Source: Phoronis australis (taxonomy: Eukaryota; Animalia; Phoronida). Taken from it: a stretch of DNA of 64,000 nucleotides. The DNA lies in the NCBI GenBank assembly GCA_002633005.1, contig NMRA01000125.1:715566-779565 (forward strand), read 5' to 3'. This document shows, one piece after another, positions 51,691 to 64,000 of this stretch; position 1 is the stretch's first letter, and each line of letters starts with the position of its first letter. The notes beneath the pieces are model-generated. The model searched no databases, was not told the origin of the DNA, and was given only the letters and a program-made list of their open reading frames with translations. The position numbers and the translations under genes were made by a program.

Positions 51691-51989
51691 TTCCGACGTC
51701 AAAACATTCAGTCATTCCCATTGGTTAAAATATGGGAACCCCCGATCAGTTTACAGTTACCGAGTGCGGCGAGCAGCTTTGACCAAAATAGTTATATTTT
51801 TTAAATGGTCAGTGATCGAATTAAACAAAATCAAGGGAACCCCGATCCATTGTCTTAAGCCCAAACAAGTACAGTGCGCAGAAGCGTGTGCAAGTGGTGG
51901 CGATGCGCATTGATGCCCACACACGGAATTCCGTATGCCGTTCATCGTGATTACACAGGGCCACTTTTCATTATAGGTGGCGCTGTGTC
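51691..51989 (-). repeat. ~300-bp interspersed repeat, copy 3
   Basis: Reverse complement of copies 1 and 2 with an internal deletion; begins on the minus strand GACACAGCGCCACCTATAATG. Confidence 0.9.
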
Positions 51990-52349
51990 AGAGCGTACAG
52001 CACCACGACGATATCCGTTTTTTTGTTAAGCAAGTGTGACTGCATTTGGAGATCGAAAATAGTACTATTCTTGTGTGAATTGAGCAAGTTGGTTGTTGTG
52101 GATTTCTGGGAGTTTCCGATTACAAACCCAAAAGAGACTTCCTGAACTCTGATCAGAAATAAGAAAGAATAGTGAATAGAGAAAATTTTGGTCAAGAAGA
52201 GGTATATTTTGACGCGTACATGTAGCTCGCCGTAAACGCAACGAGTGGGACTTTTCATTACAGTGAGCATGGTCATTCCAGATTTAGGCTCGTTGACAGC
52301 TCAAGTATATGTAATCAAAGTCAGGCGTTTCTCCCAAGACATACTTGAC

Positions 52350-52693
52350 CATAGACATATTTAGGGGAGGGGGCAGGGCCTCCCTTGGCGGAGTGCAAAA
52401 ATAAAATAGTAAAAGCATGAGGAAATATTAAGTTTCTTAATTAACTCCGGTGATTAACGTGATACGGCCGAAACAAGATTTGGAAATGCATAAGTTATAG
52501 TTTGTGTGTTTGGGGAAAGGGCTCAGTCCCAATTCCAAGTGTCCGATTCAGACCACCGTCGCAACCGTAACGGTAACTATGGCTAAGTTATGCCGCTCCC
52601 GGTCGATGTGCGTGTGATTTCCCAGGCGACCGGCAATGGCGCTGCGCAATAACTACAACTCGGTGCAATGAAAAAATTACTTCATTTGTTAAG
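52350..52693 (+). mobile_element. hAT-like repeat family, copy 2
   Basis: Starts CATAGACATATTTAGGGG; homologous to 11066-11366 in the opposite orientation. Confidence 0.8.
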
Positions 52694-52900
52694 CAAGCGC
52701 GTGGTTAATGCCGTCATGAAAACGGATTAGGTCTTTTGGGCATCTTAAGACTGTTTTAAACACAACTTTTGCTACGAACTGATTGCGCAACATATAATGC
52801 GTGTAATAAACATTGCGGAACGAAGCAGGCTCGCGCTCGAACGCTGTGGACCATAAACAGTACATTGTATGTCTCCTATAGCGTTATCTCCAAGTTGGAA

Positions 52901-52959
52901 GCGTGGTGGTGCAATGGAAACGCATGCGCCCGCTAACCAATGGGTGGCGAATTCGATCC
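52901..52959 (+). mobile_element. Decayed tRNA-derived SINE head
   Basis: A-box-like TGGTGCAATGG and B-box-like ATTCGATCC with CGCC...ACCAATG between them, similar to invertebrate SINE2 heads as recalled. No cloverleaf or SINE body seen. Confidence 0.45.
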
Positions 52960-55900
52960 TTGAAACTTTTTGAATTTTCACAAACGGCGATACAGCGCTT
53001 AAACTCTATAAATGCTTTAAAACAATATTTGCTCATTTGTTGATTTAAAAAATCTGAACTGAGCGAGGACATCCTGGATGACCCGTGGCGTTCATACAAA
53101 CAGTGTTATCATATATGAATTCAATACAAGTAAGTCATTTGAGTATGTGTCACGACCACATAAATTATGTGCTTGCTTATGAATTTGTTCGCCATCGAGA
53201 ATAAAATGCCTAAAGCAGGTGAAAGCGAGTTTTTAGTGGCAGCTTGATGAGTTGAAAATTTGCCGTGCGGCCACGTAGGATTTCAGAATACGATCTGGGT
53301 CGTGTGGATTTTGCCGCGCTAGCTGCAACTAACGACCTGACCAAAGTACAGCCGTCGAGGGCTTGTTATACTTCAGAGTTCACGGAAAATGCTTGCTTTC
53401 AGAAGCAAAAACAACATATTCACCTGAGAGAGACACAATGTTGGTCCCCCTTATCATGTCTTAGATACGCCACTACTGGCAATGAGCTTGTGATGCTTGT
53501 CTTGTTTAAGTGTCGAACAGAAAAATAACTCAGAATACCTGCATGTACAAGTGTTTTACTTGACGATCTGTCAATAAAGAATCAATGGCAATTTGTAGTC
53601 TAGAATACTACACAGACAATTAATTACTTTAGAAAATAGTTTTATGGCGTTGCTTGACCCTCACAATATTGGTTTTAGAGACGTAATTTATTCAAGTATA
53701 CGAAATAGTCAGTGAGATATTGCGAAATAACGAAAATTCTGTAATTGCGGCACTAAATTGGATACGTGAGACATTTTTCAGCATGTTAAAATCAATTTTC
53801 TCACCACATTTCCTTCACCATACAATTTAGAAACTGATGTCGGGGAGAGGGTGCACGGGAACCATTTTCCGACTAGTTTAATGTGTATAGTTTATGAGAG
53901 TGTACGTTCTGAAATGATCGAGTTCAGCTCATTCGTCTTTTACAAAATGTTGCGATAAGTTCGGAAGTACATCGGAATGAGCACAAACCATTGATGTGGT
54001 CACATGTTGATAATACGTTATTGGTGATCCTTCTCTGGGCTCGTTTGGTTTCAAACGCCGAAGTTTGATTGAAAACAAAGCGAATTAAACATCTGTAAAG
54101 CCATCGACATTCTTTCAGTACAATCCGCCATGTCGCTGTTGTAGACTCTAACCCATGTGTGGAGGAGACGGGTTGGTGGTGGGGTAATTTGCCAATTTTT
54201 TAATGCATGAGATTTCGACGTAAAAGGCCTACCCGATATGCTAATTGACGTGCAAGCCAAATACAACGTATAAACCCGGCCACACTGACATCAAACGCAG
54301 AGGGCCGAGGTCATCAAAAAGTCGGCTACTGTTGACGTTGTAATGACACAGTTCGTCATTATCGATGCCCTAGATTTTCTGTTTCAATATTGTGTTTTAG
54401 TAGAAAACAGATCAACTCAATATTCACTATAGGGGGTGACACACCATTAATAGTTTGAGAGTGAAAACCATTTCATCTGTATGGCCGGAACGACAAGGGA
54501 TCCATGCGATACATCTGAACGCCCAACATTTGTACTTCCACCTCTTGTGACATCCAGTGGATTTCGAGTTGTCCCTCGAATTTGTTGCCAGCTAAACGCA
54601 TAGATAAAATCATTTTGGGGGGAAATTGATTTTTTTGCTTTCAGAGTGTAAATTGGTAGCATTGTGTATTTCCTAAAACACTATAATCAAGCAGTCGTCA
54701 TTTGTAACAATTACTTTAGAAACAATTACGAAGATTATTGCGCTCATCTGGAGACAAGAATCCCATCCGGACACTCATATATGTTAAATTATCGATCACT
54801 CTGCTAAGCATTAATATTTTAGACATGATTTTACCTTAATTAAACAAGAAAATCTGCCTGATAGCAGATGCCACTATTTTAAGTTTGCTTTCTGTCAGAT
54901 TCCAATTTCATGAAATGCCAAAGCGACAAAAACTCAAGACTATTTTTCACTTTAAGTGCAAGATAAATTCGTCAAGTCTTAAAATCTTGCCAATACTTTT
55001 GAAAATTATGCCAACATTTTCTTAGCATCGTGCTAAGATTTTCTTTAGAAAGTCTTCCCAAAGTTGTCAGCAGTTTATGTACGAGTGCCACTTTAGATGC
55101 TAGACTGCGGGTCAAAAGCCGACAGCAAAAATGGAGCTGCGAAGGAGTGCTTTGAAATACTGTAGCAACAACAACTTTTGCAACAAGATAGCACACGTCA
55201 GAAGAGCCTGGGTTCAAAATATAGAATCCAACATGCCTAAGTTATGCGAGAGCGCAGTGAAAAACGCAAGTTCAAACACACATCGAGCTTGAAACGCGAG
55301 AAGTGGTGAGCCCCAGCCAAACTATTGACTCAAGGCAACGAAGTCAGTGTCACCCTCGTGTGTGAACAGTTATCGCTGCGTCCAAGACTAGCAAGCACCA
55401 AAGCTTCACAATAACGTACGTGATTCGTGTTTTTGTCGTCGCTGATACTCAAAGTATTTGCAACCATAAACAAAGATTTCAGCGTTTTTAGAGGTCAACT
55501 TTAACTCGTGAACCGTTACAGGTACCTCTGAAATGAAGAACAATGCACCTTAATACGAATGCCCCGTCTCCCACGTTCCCCCGGTTACCTGTCAAAAATC
55601 TGCGAGCATGCGGAAATTGCTTATAACATTCCGTTTACATAAAAATTCGTTGGTTTTTGATTTGGATGTTTATGTATCTTCAAAAATCAACTGATTCATA
55701 GATTAAATTTGACATTTAGAATCTAATCTTGTAAAAATTGATGATATTTCAGTAAACTTAGTTGCAACTTGAAGTTGGAAAAAATCTACAATCCGATCCT
55801 CAAATGGTAAAGTACACTTAAACGATTTTTGCCTATCTAAAATAACTCTCAAAGAGAGGAAATTTGGACAGTTCTAAAATATATACTCACAATTCAAATG

Positions 55901-58900
55901 ACAATAAATGTATTGTGTTTTGCATTAGGTACGAGATTTGTCGTTTAAACTCACAAACAGGTGATCAAAAAGGAACTAAGTAATTAAACCAAGGTAAACG
56001 CATTGCTCATGCCTGTGGAAACGATGGTTGGTTTCTGATTTACATGTTTATGTATCTACAAAAATAGAATGATTTATAGACGATTTTTTCATATTTAGAA
56101 GCAAATCTTGTGAGAAATTACGGTGCTTCACTGAACTTAGTTGCAGGCTGACATATGGAAAATTCGATCTATCTTCATATCCGCAAATAAATAAGTGTCC
56201 TAAACGATTTTTCTGTCTATCTGAGTCGGTGGCTATAGGAACGGGGGGTATAGTGGTGAAGTAGAAATGATTTGTGTCCCCCAAATGTTTTTGACTTCAT
56301 ACGGGCCTGTAAATTTATCGAAAGTGCACAGTTTCTCGGATAACCAGTAAGTCGTGATTATAACCGTGTTTCTACATAGTTTTGATGTAAATAAGCCGAC
56401 TGACCTTGTCATTGATTGACCGACCAAGAACTGGAAGCCTAAGTTTTACACCAAATTCGAATGCCTGTGAAGGGTTAGAGGTTAGGAAGAGTCGCGCTTG
56501 TTGATAGGCTTACCACAAATAACCTTTAGTTACGACACTGGAATCTTTCGAAACAACTATGACTAACTGATCAGATTTTGATACTTTAATCAATTGAGAG
56601 GTTTTCAACATTTTATGTAATGAATTTTTAATTGACAAACGTTTATTTAAAAGCCTCTGTGATTAAATGTACGCAATAAAAACACCTCTTTCATTTGACC
56701 TAGTATGTAATCGTCAGGGAGGGTAGTAGTATGTAGCTTCGTTCCAGTCTCCATCGCACAGTAGGCTTCGTAGAAGCCGAAAATGTATGTGATAACCACT
56801 GAAGTTCGTGACTGTATTGATTTCCACAAAGCAGAAAGTCACGTCCATTGATTATTACGAGCACTGCAGATGTACGTGGGCAGTGAGATTGTAAATAATA
56901 TGACGTTACCCAGCGGACAGCAAGATCGAATTAAAGTAAAAGAAAATAATTGCCAAGAGGGGACCAGTCTGTGCCCTTTTGGCGGTCAGCCTGTGCTGCT
57001 TATGTTACGCGTCCTCGTCTCTATGACCAAACATACATGTAAACCAGAATTTATCGGAGCCGTCTAGTCTTTGCCATGGTACTAGTCTCGGAGGGCCAAG
57101 ACCGCACGGCGAATAGTCGGACATCGATTACGCTGTGCCTGTAAACGCTCATTTAAAGTTGGCATGCCTAAATTTTGTCGAGTGTGTATACATGTACGAT
57201 GCAAAGTGGAAGGAACTTAAACTTTTATTTCCTGTAGAACATCGAACTAGTCGTTTGCATAACAGGGGTGGACCTGTATAGATTATGTAAATGTATGTGA
57301 AAGTCACATATCTCATGACATGCATGTATGTAGAGTCAAGATGTAAAAACACGTTCACGTGACACTGGGCTAAAGTAATTGTTTAATATTATATTCGTTC
57401 CTAGTGGTTAAATTCATGCAGCATATCTTTTAAATACTAATGCTTAGCCCAGTCATAAAGGCCTAGTATGTTTCTTTTAAATGTTGATGAGCTCAAACAC
57501 AAAAATACCCTCACGTTTTTGTTCACCTCAATGTGTTTTTAAAAACAAAAGCATGGGTGGCATCAGTTGGTGTTGTAAAATACAAGAAATTTAAAAGCAG
57601 CGTCAAATGGGTGGTAAAATAAATTCTCAGTACACAAAGCCAAAACTGTTGACATTTCTCAAACGAGAGAACCTCTTGTTTGGAATTTGTTTCCGAGCGT
57701 GAAGTTGATCCCTGGAGACTGGAATTCAAAATCCGTCGCGTAAGGAGCATATTCGGGACGTATGTGCAGATACATGTAGGAGGCACGAAGTGTTTCGCGA
57801 GTTTGTGTCTGCTGGTCCGGCACTGGGATTAAAGAGAATCAAACCAAAAAATTAGAAGTCGTATCAACCCTTGAACAGAAGAGCGATAATACAGACTGGT
57901 GATGAATGTAACTCATAAAGTACGGAAGAGACGTATTGATCATTAAACGCGAATGCAAGCGTCCATGAGCATATGAATTCAATGCCCGCGCATACACCGT
58001 TCATCGCAAATGAAACAATGCATTGATTGAAATACTAGAATCACCGTTTTATGATTGGCTATTAAGTTGATGGTGTTCGACGAATCCGTGGTAGACATTT
58101 GCTACCAATCTAACAGCGCTTTGGCTAGGTGCGGTGTGGTAATTACCTACTCGAAGCTTCAATAAAATATATAAGCGTTTTCTAATTAACTGTTCTTTCA
58201 GTTGCTTTGATTGTTTACATGACAGTGACGAGGTGCAGCAGACAAGGAGTGGCTAGTCAGGTAATGTTAATTCCTTTAAAACCTTGTTATTAACATTCTT
58301 ATACACGAAACATACAAAAATGGAATTTGCTTGCCTTTGAAAGATTTTCCAAAACGTAACTAGTTGAAATTTTACACTTGAGTTTTCGTCATGTAATCAG
58401 GGACTAGTATTAGTGCTATAACTACCGCGTCGTAATGAGATAATATGTGAGGAGAAATAGACACGGCGGGTTATTAGATTCAATTTTGTGGCTGATACAC
58501 GTACGCCTAGGTTTTATCTAGACTGAGTCTCATAAATAGGACCTGATTTATCGTTCGAACGTAAGTTCCCTAGACTTTGGAAATGTCTACATATATCGAA
58601 CAAGCAACAAATAGTCATACAGGAAATATTCAGACAAATCCCTCCTCACTAATTAGTCCATAGATACCTCTATGTTCCACAGTGCAAGTGCATTCATTAG
58701 TGCCATTTCATGTGACCTTGCTGTAGCCACATGAACTGTCCTTCGTGGGAAATTCGCTGACCGATTTTTCTAGTGTTGCTCCTTCACAAGTAAATTAAAA
58801 AACGAAAAGCTGACTATCGTATGAAACAGCAATAAGCAACATATTCCACGCCTCACTGAATAAGATATATTTATACAAGCAATAAGCAACTCACAGTTAT

Positions 58901-60424
58901 TCTTAAGTCCTTGAAGTCTCCGCAGGTGAAAACAAAAATGGCCGAGAGTCGAGAGTTCACTTACCGAGGAGCATCTGTTAATTACTTGAGAAGACAGAGT
59001 TCGCCAAAAGAAATTAAGAGAGACTCCACATAAAAACAGGTAGAGTCTATACCCAAAATCACAGATTTTTGAGACTTAGCACATGAGTTTGATTTGGTGA
59101 GATGCAGAAAATCTCGCTTTTTAAGAATTTCCTTCCATTATTTCTCTTTTTTGACCTGCACCTCCATTTTGCAAAAAACGGGCGCATAAGTAGACACATT
59201 TGAATGCATTTTACTTGCACGTAGAGCAAGCTGATAACAAATGAGTCGTACGGTTTAAAAGGACTATGATAGAATAATTTAAAGGCACAACTTTCAGAAT
59301 TCATTTGTGGCAAAAACGGCTATTTTGAAGGTTTTCACTGAAGCCATTTCGGTCAAATTCGATACTCTGTGGCAGCCATATTGCATCTTTCCAAAATTTC
59401 AGAAAGTTCACCGTAAATCTCTGAACTTTCATATTCAGGTTTAATTTTTATGTTTTATATGCAAAACATAAACGGTACTGATGCACTGAGTGATGTAACG
59501 TCCGGGTTCCCAAAACACTTTCATAAGCACGCAAAGTTGCCCGCAGGAGTGCGTAAGCTACTTGCACGTTTAAAAGAATATGAATTAGAAATATCGATGA
59601 ATTATCAACCACGATACATTCATCAAATGCATGTCAAGATCGCAGGCACAGCTCGACTGAAAACTTTAGGGCCACTGGGCCTCAACCTCACCCAAGGAAC
59701 CACGCCATAGCCCGGGTCGAAACTACAATGTAAGTGGCCACCATGACCCTGCCAGTCTTCACGAAGTCAGGGAGTCACATTCAGTCTTCTTAAATTTAAA
59801 ACCGCCGTTGGTCGCCGCAATCCTGACCCGTGCCCCAGATATTGTCCTTGCTTGAGAATGAGTTGTGAGCAGACAATCAGAGCAATAAATTGTCGGAATT
59901 GTGAACTCTCGAAATAGTGAATTTTCGGAGCAGTGGACCTTCAGATTAGCGGACCTTCGCAGAAGTGAACCTTTGGCATAGTGACATGTAACCCAAGAAA
60001 TTTTTGCCATCAATTTTGTTGCTCGTATGAAGTCTGCGGGGCAGTGCACCAGTGGCAATGATTGACAAGAGAAGGCTTTCTTCATTGGCCAAAGTTGAAG
60101 GTCTCGGCCTACTTTTCCTTAATAAAGTGAAAATCATCGACGGGGTTTTCCCAAGTACAAGAAAACACGGTAGGTTAGTTGAATGTCTGGGTTTTGAGCA
60201 CGACGTGTACACGCATGCATGTCAATCCACCCCTCCAAGATCAACGTGGACACTGGATGAACAACATATTTAGATATTTGACGATCACTTTCGATTCAAT
60301 ATTTGAAAATGCCTGCAATTCACCGTACTACTCTAGCAATTCAACCAAAATAACAAAATAACAAATCTCAATTTACTGCTTTTTTGTTTCTTGGCCGATT
60401 TTAAGGCATTCACACCTCACTACT

Positions 60425-60693
60425 CATGCATGCACCCAGCCTTTAATATAGGGGCGCTCGAATCTCTGACAAAGTGTACCTTGTGACCTTGTGCTAACAA
60501 AAAAGCGGGAGGACTAAAAAAAACGGGGTTCCACCTTCAGGTCTATGAACTGTGCGTCTGCGCCTTTTTAGTGGACTTATGTCTCGTTTTCTAGGACTTG
60601 TTGTTTCTCTGAGGCGGACCTTTTTACCCACTTCGCCAAATGGGGGGCTCGTTCGAACTCCCAGAGCCCCCCCCCCTCCTGGGTGCGTGCATG
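60425..60693 (-). mobile_element. MITE with 5-bp TSD (hAT5-like), copy 2
   Basis: TIRs CATGCATGCACCCAG / CTGGGTGCGTGCATG; perfect TSD CTACT at 60420-60424 and 60694-60698; reverse-complement homology to copies 1 and 3. Confidence 0.85.
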
Positions 60694-61049
60694 CTACTTT
60701 TTAGGAGCTGTCTAGTACTTAGGCATACTTTGGTCATTGGGCTCGAGATGTTTGCCTAGGTATAGAAATTTATTCATTTCTAGACTCCCTTGTTACCCGC
60801 TGGTGTAGCCACAGCGCGCGTTCATTGCTGCATTACTTCCTTTTATCGCCTGCACGATCCCGTCATCTACACAAACACCACTCGGGCGAAGTAAGCCGGG
60901 TACGGCTTGTTAACACGTGGAGCGCTTTGAATCAGAAGCAAATTTCAAAATTATTTATTTACTAACTTATCATTCTAGTTAACACATGTAGTACCAGTGT
61001 CTGTAACGATTTTGTTGTGTTTGTCCATCTATGTCCTAGCTTTAACGGG

Positions 61050-61113
61050 GTTCTGGACCTTTTCCGCGGGTGGAGGCTCGCTCGAACCCCCGAACCCCCC
61101 TGGGTACGGACCT
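61050..61113 (-). mobile_element. Isolated terminal fragment related to the hAT5-like MITE family
   Basis: GCTCGCTCGAACCCCCGAACCCCCCTGGGTACGGACCTG resembles the end of the 60425-60693 copy. Confidence 0.55.
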
Positions 61114-61159
61114 GAAGTGTTTAATTGCATATGTGGATATCAAAGATATCTATGGTGGG

Positions 61160-61570
61160 TGTAGTTTTGGTCTGTTGCACAGACAAATCGTTGATTAATT
61201 CATATTCAAGAAATATGAATCGGAAACTTGCGGTGGTACCTTTTCAGGATGCATTTTTCTATTGTCGCTGACTTTTGTACGTTGATGTCCTGTATTCACA
61301 CACTATGAATATATACACCGGCTAAAACGGCCAGAAGTGAGTGCATTGTATGTGCACGCGGCTATCAAACATTATTGCAGAGACGAAATATTTGCTGTCA
61401 CGCCACTTGCATGACAAAGTTAAAATCGTTCACAGTACTTCATTTTATTTCTCCGTTGTAAAGATAACCAATGACTGCCGGGGTAACATCAGCTAGTGAT
61501 AAAACGCGTGCTACTGAATGATACATGCGTGTTCTCTACCCCCTAGCGGACACGCAGGAAACCAGCAAGG
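61160..61570 (+). mobile_element. Same MITE family, copy 3 (5'-truncated, more diverged)
   Basis: CAGACAAATCG, ACGCCACTTGCATGACAA, AAAATCGTTCACAGT, GTTGTAAAG.TAACCAATGACTG and the terminal CACGCAGGAAACCAGCAAGG. Confidence 0.85.
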
Positions 61571-62284
61571 TAATTAGCTTGCAAAACACGACGTAAATAG
61601 CATGTATCTTAGAGAAAAAGCCGACAACAGCATTACTAATTACCAATCCCTGAAAACCACACTGATGATTATTGCTTATTACAAGGTTATGAGCGGTATG
61701 CGTATTTCGTCTATGTGATAGAAGGCGTCACTGTTTCTTTACATGAAGACTGCGGACGGGTTTAGAAGCCAAATCTGCCTTGCTCTCGTTTTTACTTTCG
61801 TTGCGAGAGCCACTGGCATAGGAATGGAGGGTGGGGCACCCATGGGCTATGGTCTTCTATTCAGTTCATAAAGTTTGTCAACTCAGTCAAAAGTTATTGT
61901 AGTTTTATGTTCAACTGTAATATCCCCGCAAATTGCTACAAATTTTACATGTAGTCTCCACTGGTCGCCAGAAATTTGGCGTTCGCATCCCCCGGTCACC
62001 CCAACATAGAATATTTCTGACAATGCGGCAAACAATCAACGTCAATAGATAACAATTCATGACAGACAATTCTATTAATGATTTAGTTCATGGCACTTGG
62101 TCAACAAAGTTTATTAATGACTCGGTTGATGACAGATACTAGGTCAACAAAGTTCATCACAGGTAACGGTCTGGACTTCAAAGAAAGCGAACGACTGCCT
62201 CTGTGGCGTAGCAAGGTGGNTGGTAAAGAGGTGCTCGCTACGCTGCTAGACTGATTACTGTCATTTCAGGTGTTCAGGGTACAG

Positions 62285-62447
62285 ACACTTTCTGCTTGGG
62301 TGAAAACCGGCACCAAGTTCTCTTCCGTGAACATTGCAAATATTATTTGACTCCACAACTGCTCCCGGTCATTCAGAAATTCAACAACTCAGGCTAGTAG
62401 TTACGACTTATCCTCTGACACTGGCTTTGATTTATGAGGTACTTTAC
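62285..62447 (-). mobile_element. Decayed CR1/L2-like LINE reverse-transcriptase fragment
   Basis: Manual minus-strand translation gives KVPHKSKPVSEDKS*LLA*VVEFLNDREQ, resembling the CR1/L2 RT consensus KVPH....GI.G.LL.WI..FL.DR.Q; a frameshifted GVPQGS-like remnant follows. Confidence 0.4.
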
Positions 62448-63698
62448 AGCATCTCAGAGGTTCTGAATTGTTTTAGGCATGATTGACTAAAGCCACAAAG
62501 CTTTCGTCATCGCACTATTTTGTTGAAAATCTCTAAAGGACAGGAAGGACCTTCGGTCCACATTTTGTCATTAAGAGAATGATACCCTTGACCAGTCTTT
62601 ACAAATAAAACTTCTTACAAGTTAAAAATTCAAAGGTATTTATTTACTCTAAAAAGTGTTTTAATTAAAATGTTAATTTAAGAAAAAGAGAGATACATGA
62701 TTTATATATCCTCAAACCCACGGTTAACTGACTCACTGGGCAAAGGTCATCGGTTTCAGTTTTGATGCCGACCGCGTGATGCATCCAAAGACAACTTGTT
62801 TTCATTTCAAAGACCTTAGACTTGATTTTTATAAATATTAAGTGCAGAATTCTTGTTCACATGCTTTGTTCTTATTGTCAGTAATCTCTAGTCATCATTT
62901 CCGAAGTGGACAGTTTTGCAAGACAATTTTCACTATAATACATGCAAGGCTGGGGCAAGATCATTTTTGCTTAATCATCATGATTGACTCTTAATTTTCT
63001 ATACGTTCAAAAAGTTACATAAAGCTACTAGGTGCAATATGGCAGTAAGAGGGTCTTAACAACAGCCACACAAATTAGCTAGGAAAAGTGGTGGCTGGAT
63101 TGTCTGCCCTGTCTAGCAGAAAGCCGTCGACTTTGAATACATGTATATGCCAAATAATATGCACAGTATACATTGGTTATTCCAGCCACCACAGCACAAC
63201 TTCCATTATATTTAGTAAGTTACTTACTTTTGTCGCTGAACACATTCAATTTTCAGGACGGCTAATATGATGAATTGCGGTTTTATGCTCCAGCGACGAA
63301 ATTAGGGGTCATTGAGTGCGAAAAAGTGGCATTTAGATTTTTGTTAGGGTACATGTACCTATCCATGTACATAAAATGAATTTGTTTTGAATTTTGACGT
63401 ATAGACTGATTTTTGAAAATGTATTGCTTTTTATATAGACTAGCTCTTAACACGGCAATAGTTTATATACATGTATGCCATTTATTTATTATCGAATGAA
63501 TATTTTATGAAACAAAAAGATAAATAGGCAACTTGAAAAGTTGACACTTCTTTTGGTTGTCGGGATGAACCTGAAAATGTCATACATAGGCTTTATACTG
63601 ACCTATAAAGCGAAAGCGACATCATCGGCGTCAAAGAAAAATGTATACATGTAAAATAAGAAGAATAACACTCGTTTAACCAAGTGACCTACGTGTAC

Positions 63699-63885
63699 CA
63701 CATGCGCATCTAGGGGGCCTCGGGGGTCTCGTCTATTGGCGAAGTGGGAAAAAGGTCCGCCTCACAGAAACAAAAACTCTGAAAAAGTAGAAAACGAGAC
63801 AAAAGTCCACTAAAAAGGCAGGAACTACCTAAATTCGGTGAATGCACAATTCATAGCTGTGAACGTACCCCGCTTTTTAGGTAAA
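63699..63885 (+). mobile_element. MITE with 5-bp TSD family, copy 3 (right end not recognisable)
   Basis: TTGGCGAAGTGGG.AAAAGGTCCGCCTCA, AGAAAACGAGAC.AAAGTCCACTAAAAAGG and GAATGCACAATTCATAG are shared with copies 1 and 2. Confidence 0.75.
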
Positions 63886-64000
63886 AGGCCGGCTTTGGTA
63901 AATTCCACCGTCGGTTTACCCGGCCAGTTTGCATTAGGTAACAGAGAGCTGGCACGTCCAGCCTCCATTTCAGTCAATCGTAACGCCAGTGCCAACGAAT

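Noticed and set aside
59759-60273. Cluster of overlapping ORFs; one minus frame shows VDDF...KFLG at RT-like spacing
   Set aside because: Three stops between the motifs and no other conserved residues; needs a translated HMM search to support.
62270-62400. Possible plus-strand exon after TTTCAG (GVQGTDTFCLGENRHQVLFREHCKYY...)
   Set aside because: Ends in a stop with no convincing donor or partner exons; a minus-strand LINE remnant explains the region better.

Overview
Eukaryotic (animal) genomic DNA, AT-rich and repeat-dense, most likely from a marine lophotrochozoan invertebrate; this is inferred from the receptor sequence and repeat types, and the species cannot be fixed from the sequence. 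The only well-supported protein-coding sequence is a single-exon class A GPCR CDS (40328-41596, +) of the short neuropeptide F / prolactin-releasing peptide receptor (sNPFR/PrRPR) group, with apparently altered ligand-pocket residues. The rest is a gene-poor mosaic of non-autonomous DNA transposons: families with 5-bp, 6-bp, 8-9-bp, 3-bp and TTAA target-site duplications (TSDs), several nested, plus Helentron/Helitron-like ends, decayed SINE and LINE remnants, and an assembly overlap at an N. The most striking signal is heavy over-representation of the palindrome TACATGTA. Comparing paralogous repeat copies inside the window shows it as a precise +/-CATGTA difference (once +/-CAGTA) at TA dinucleotides, the form expected of Tc1/mariner excision footprints. 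All alignments and counts were done by eye.
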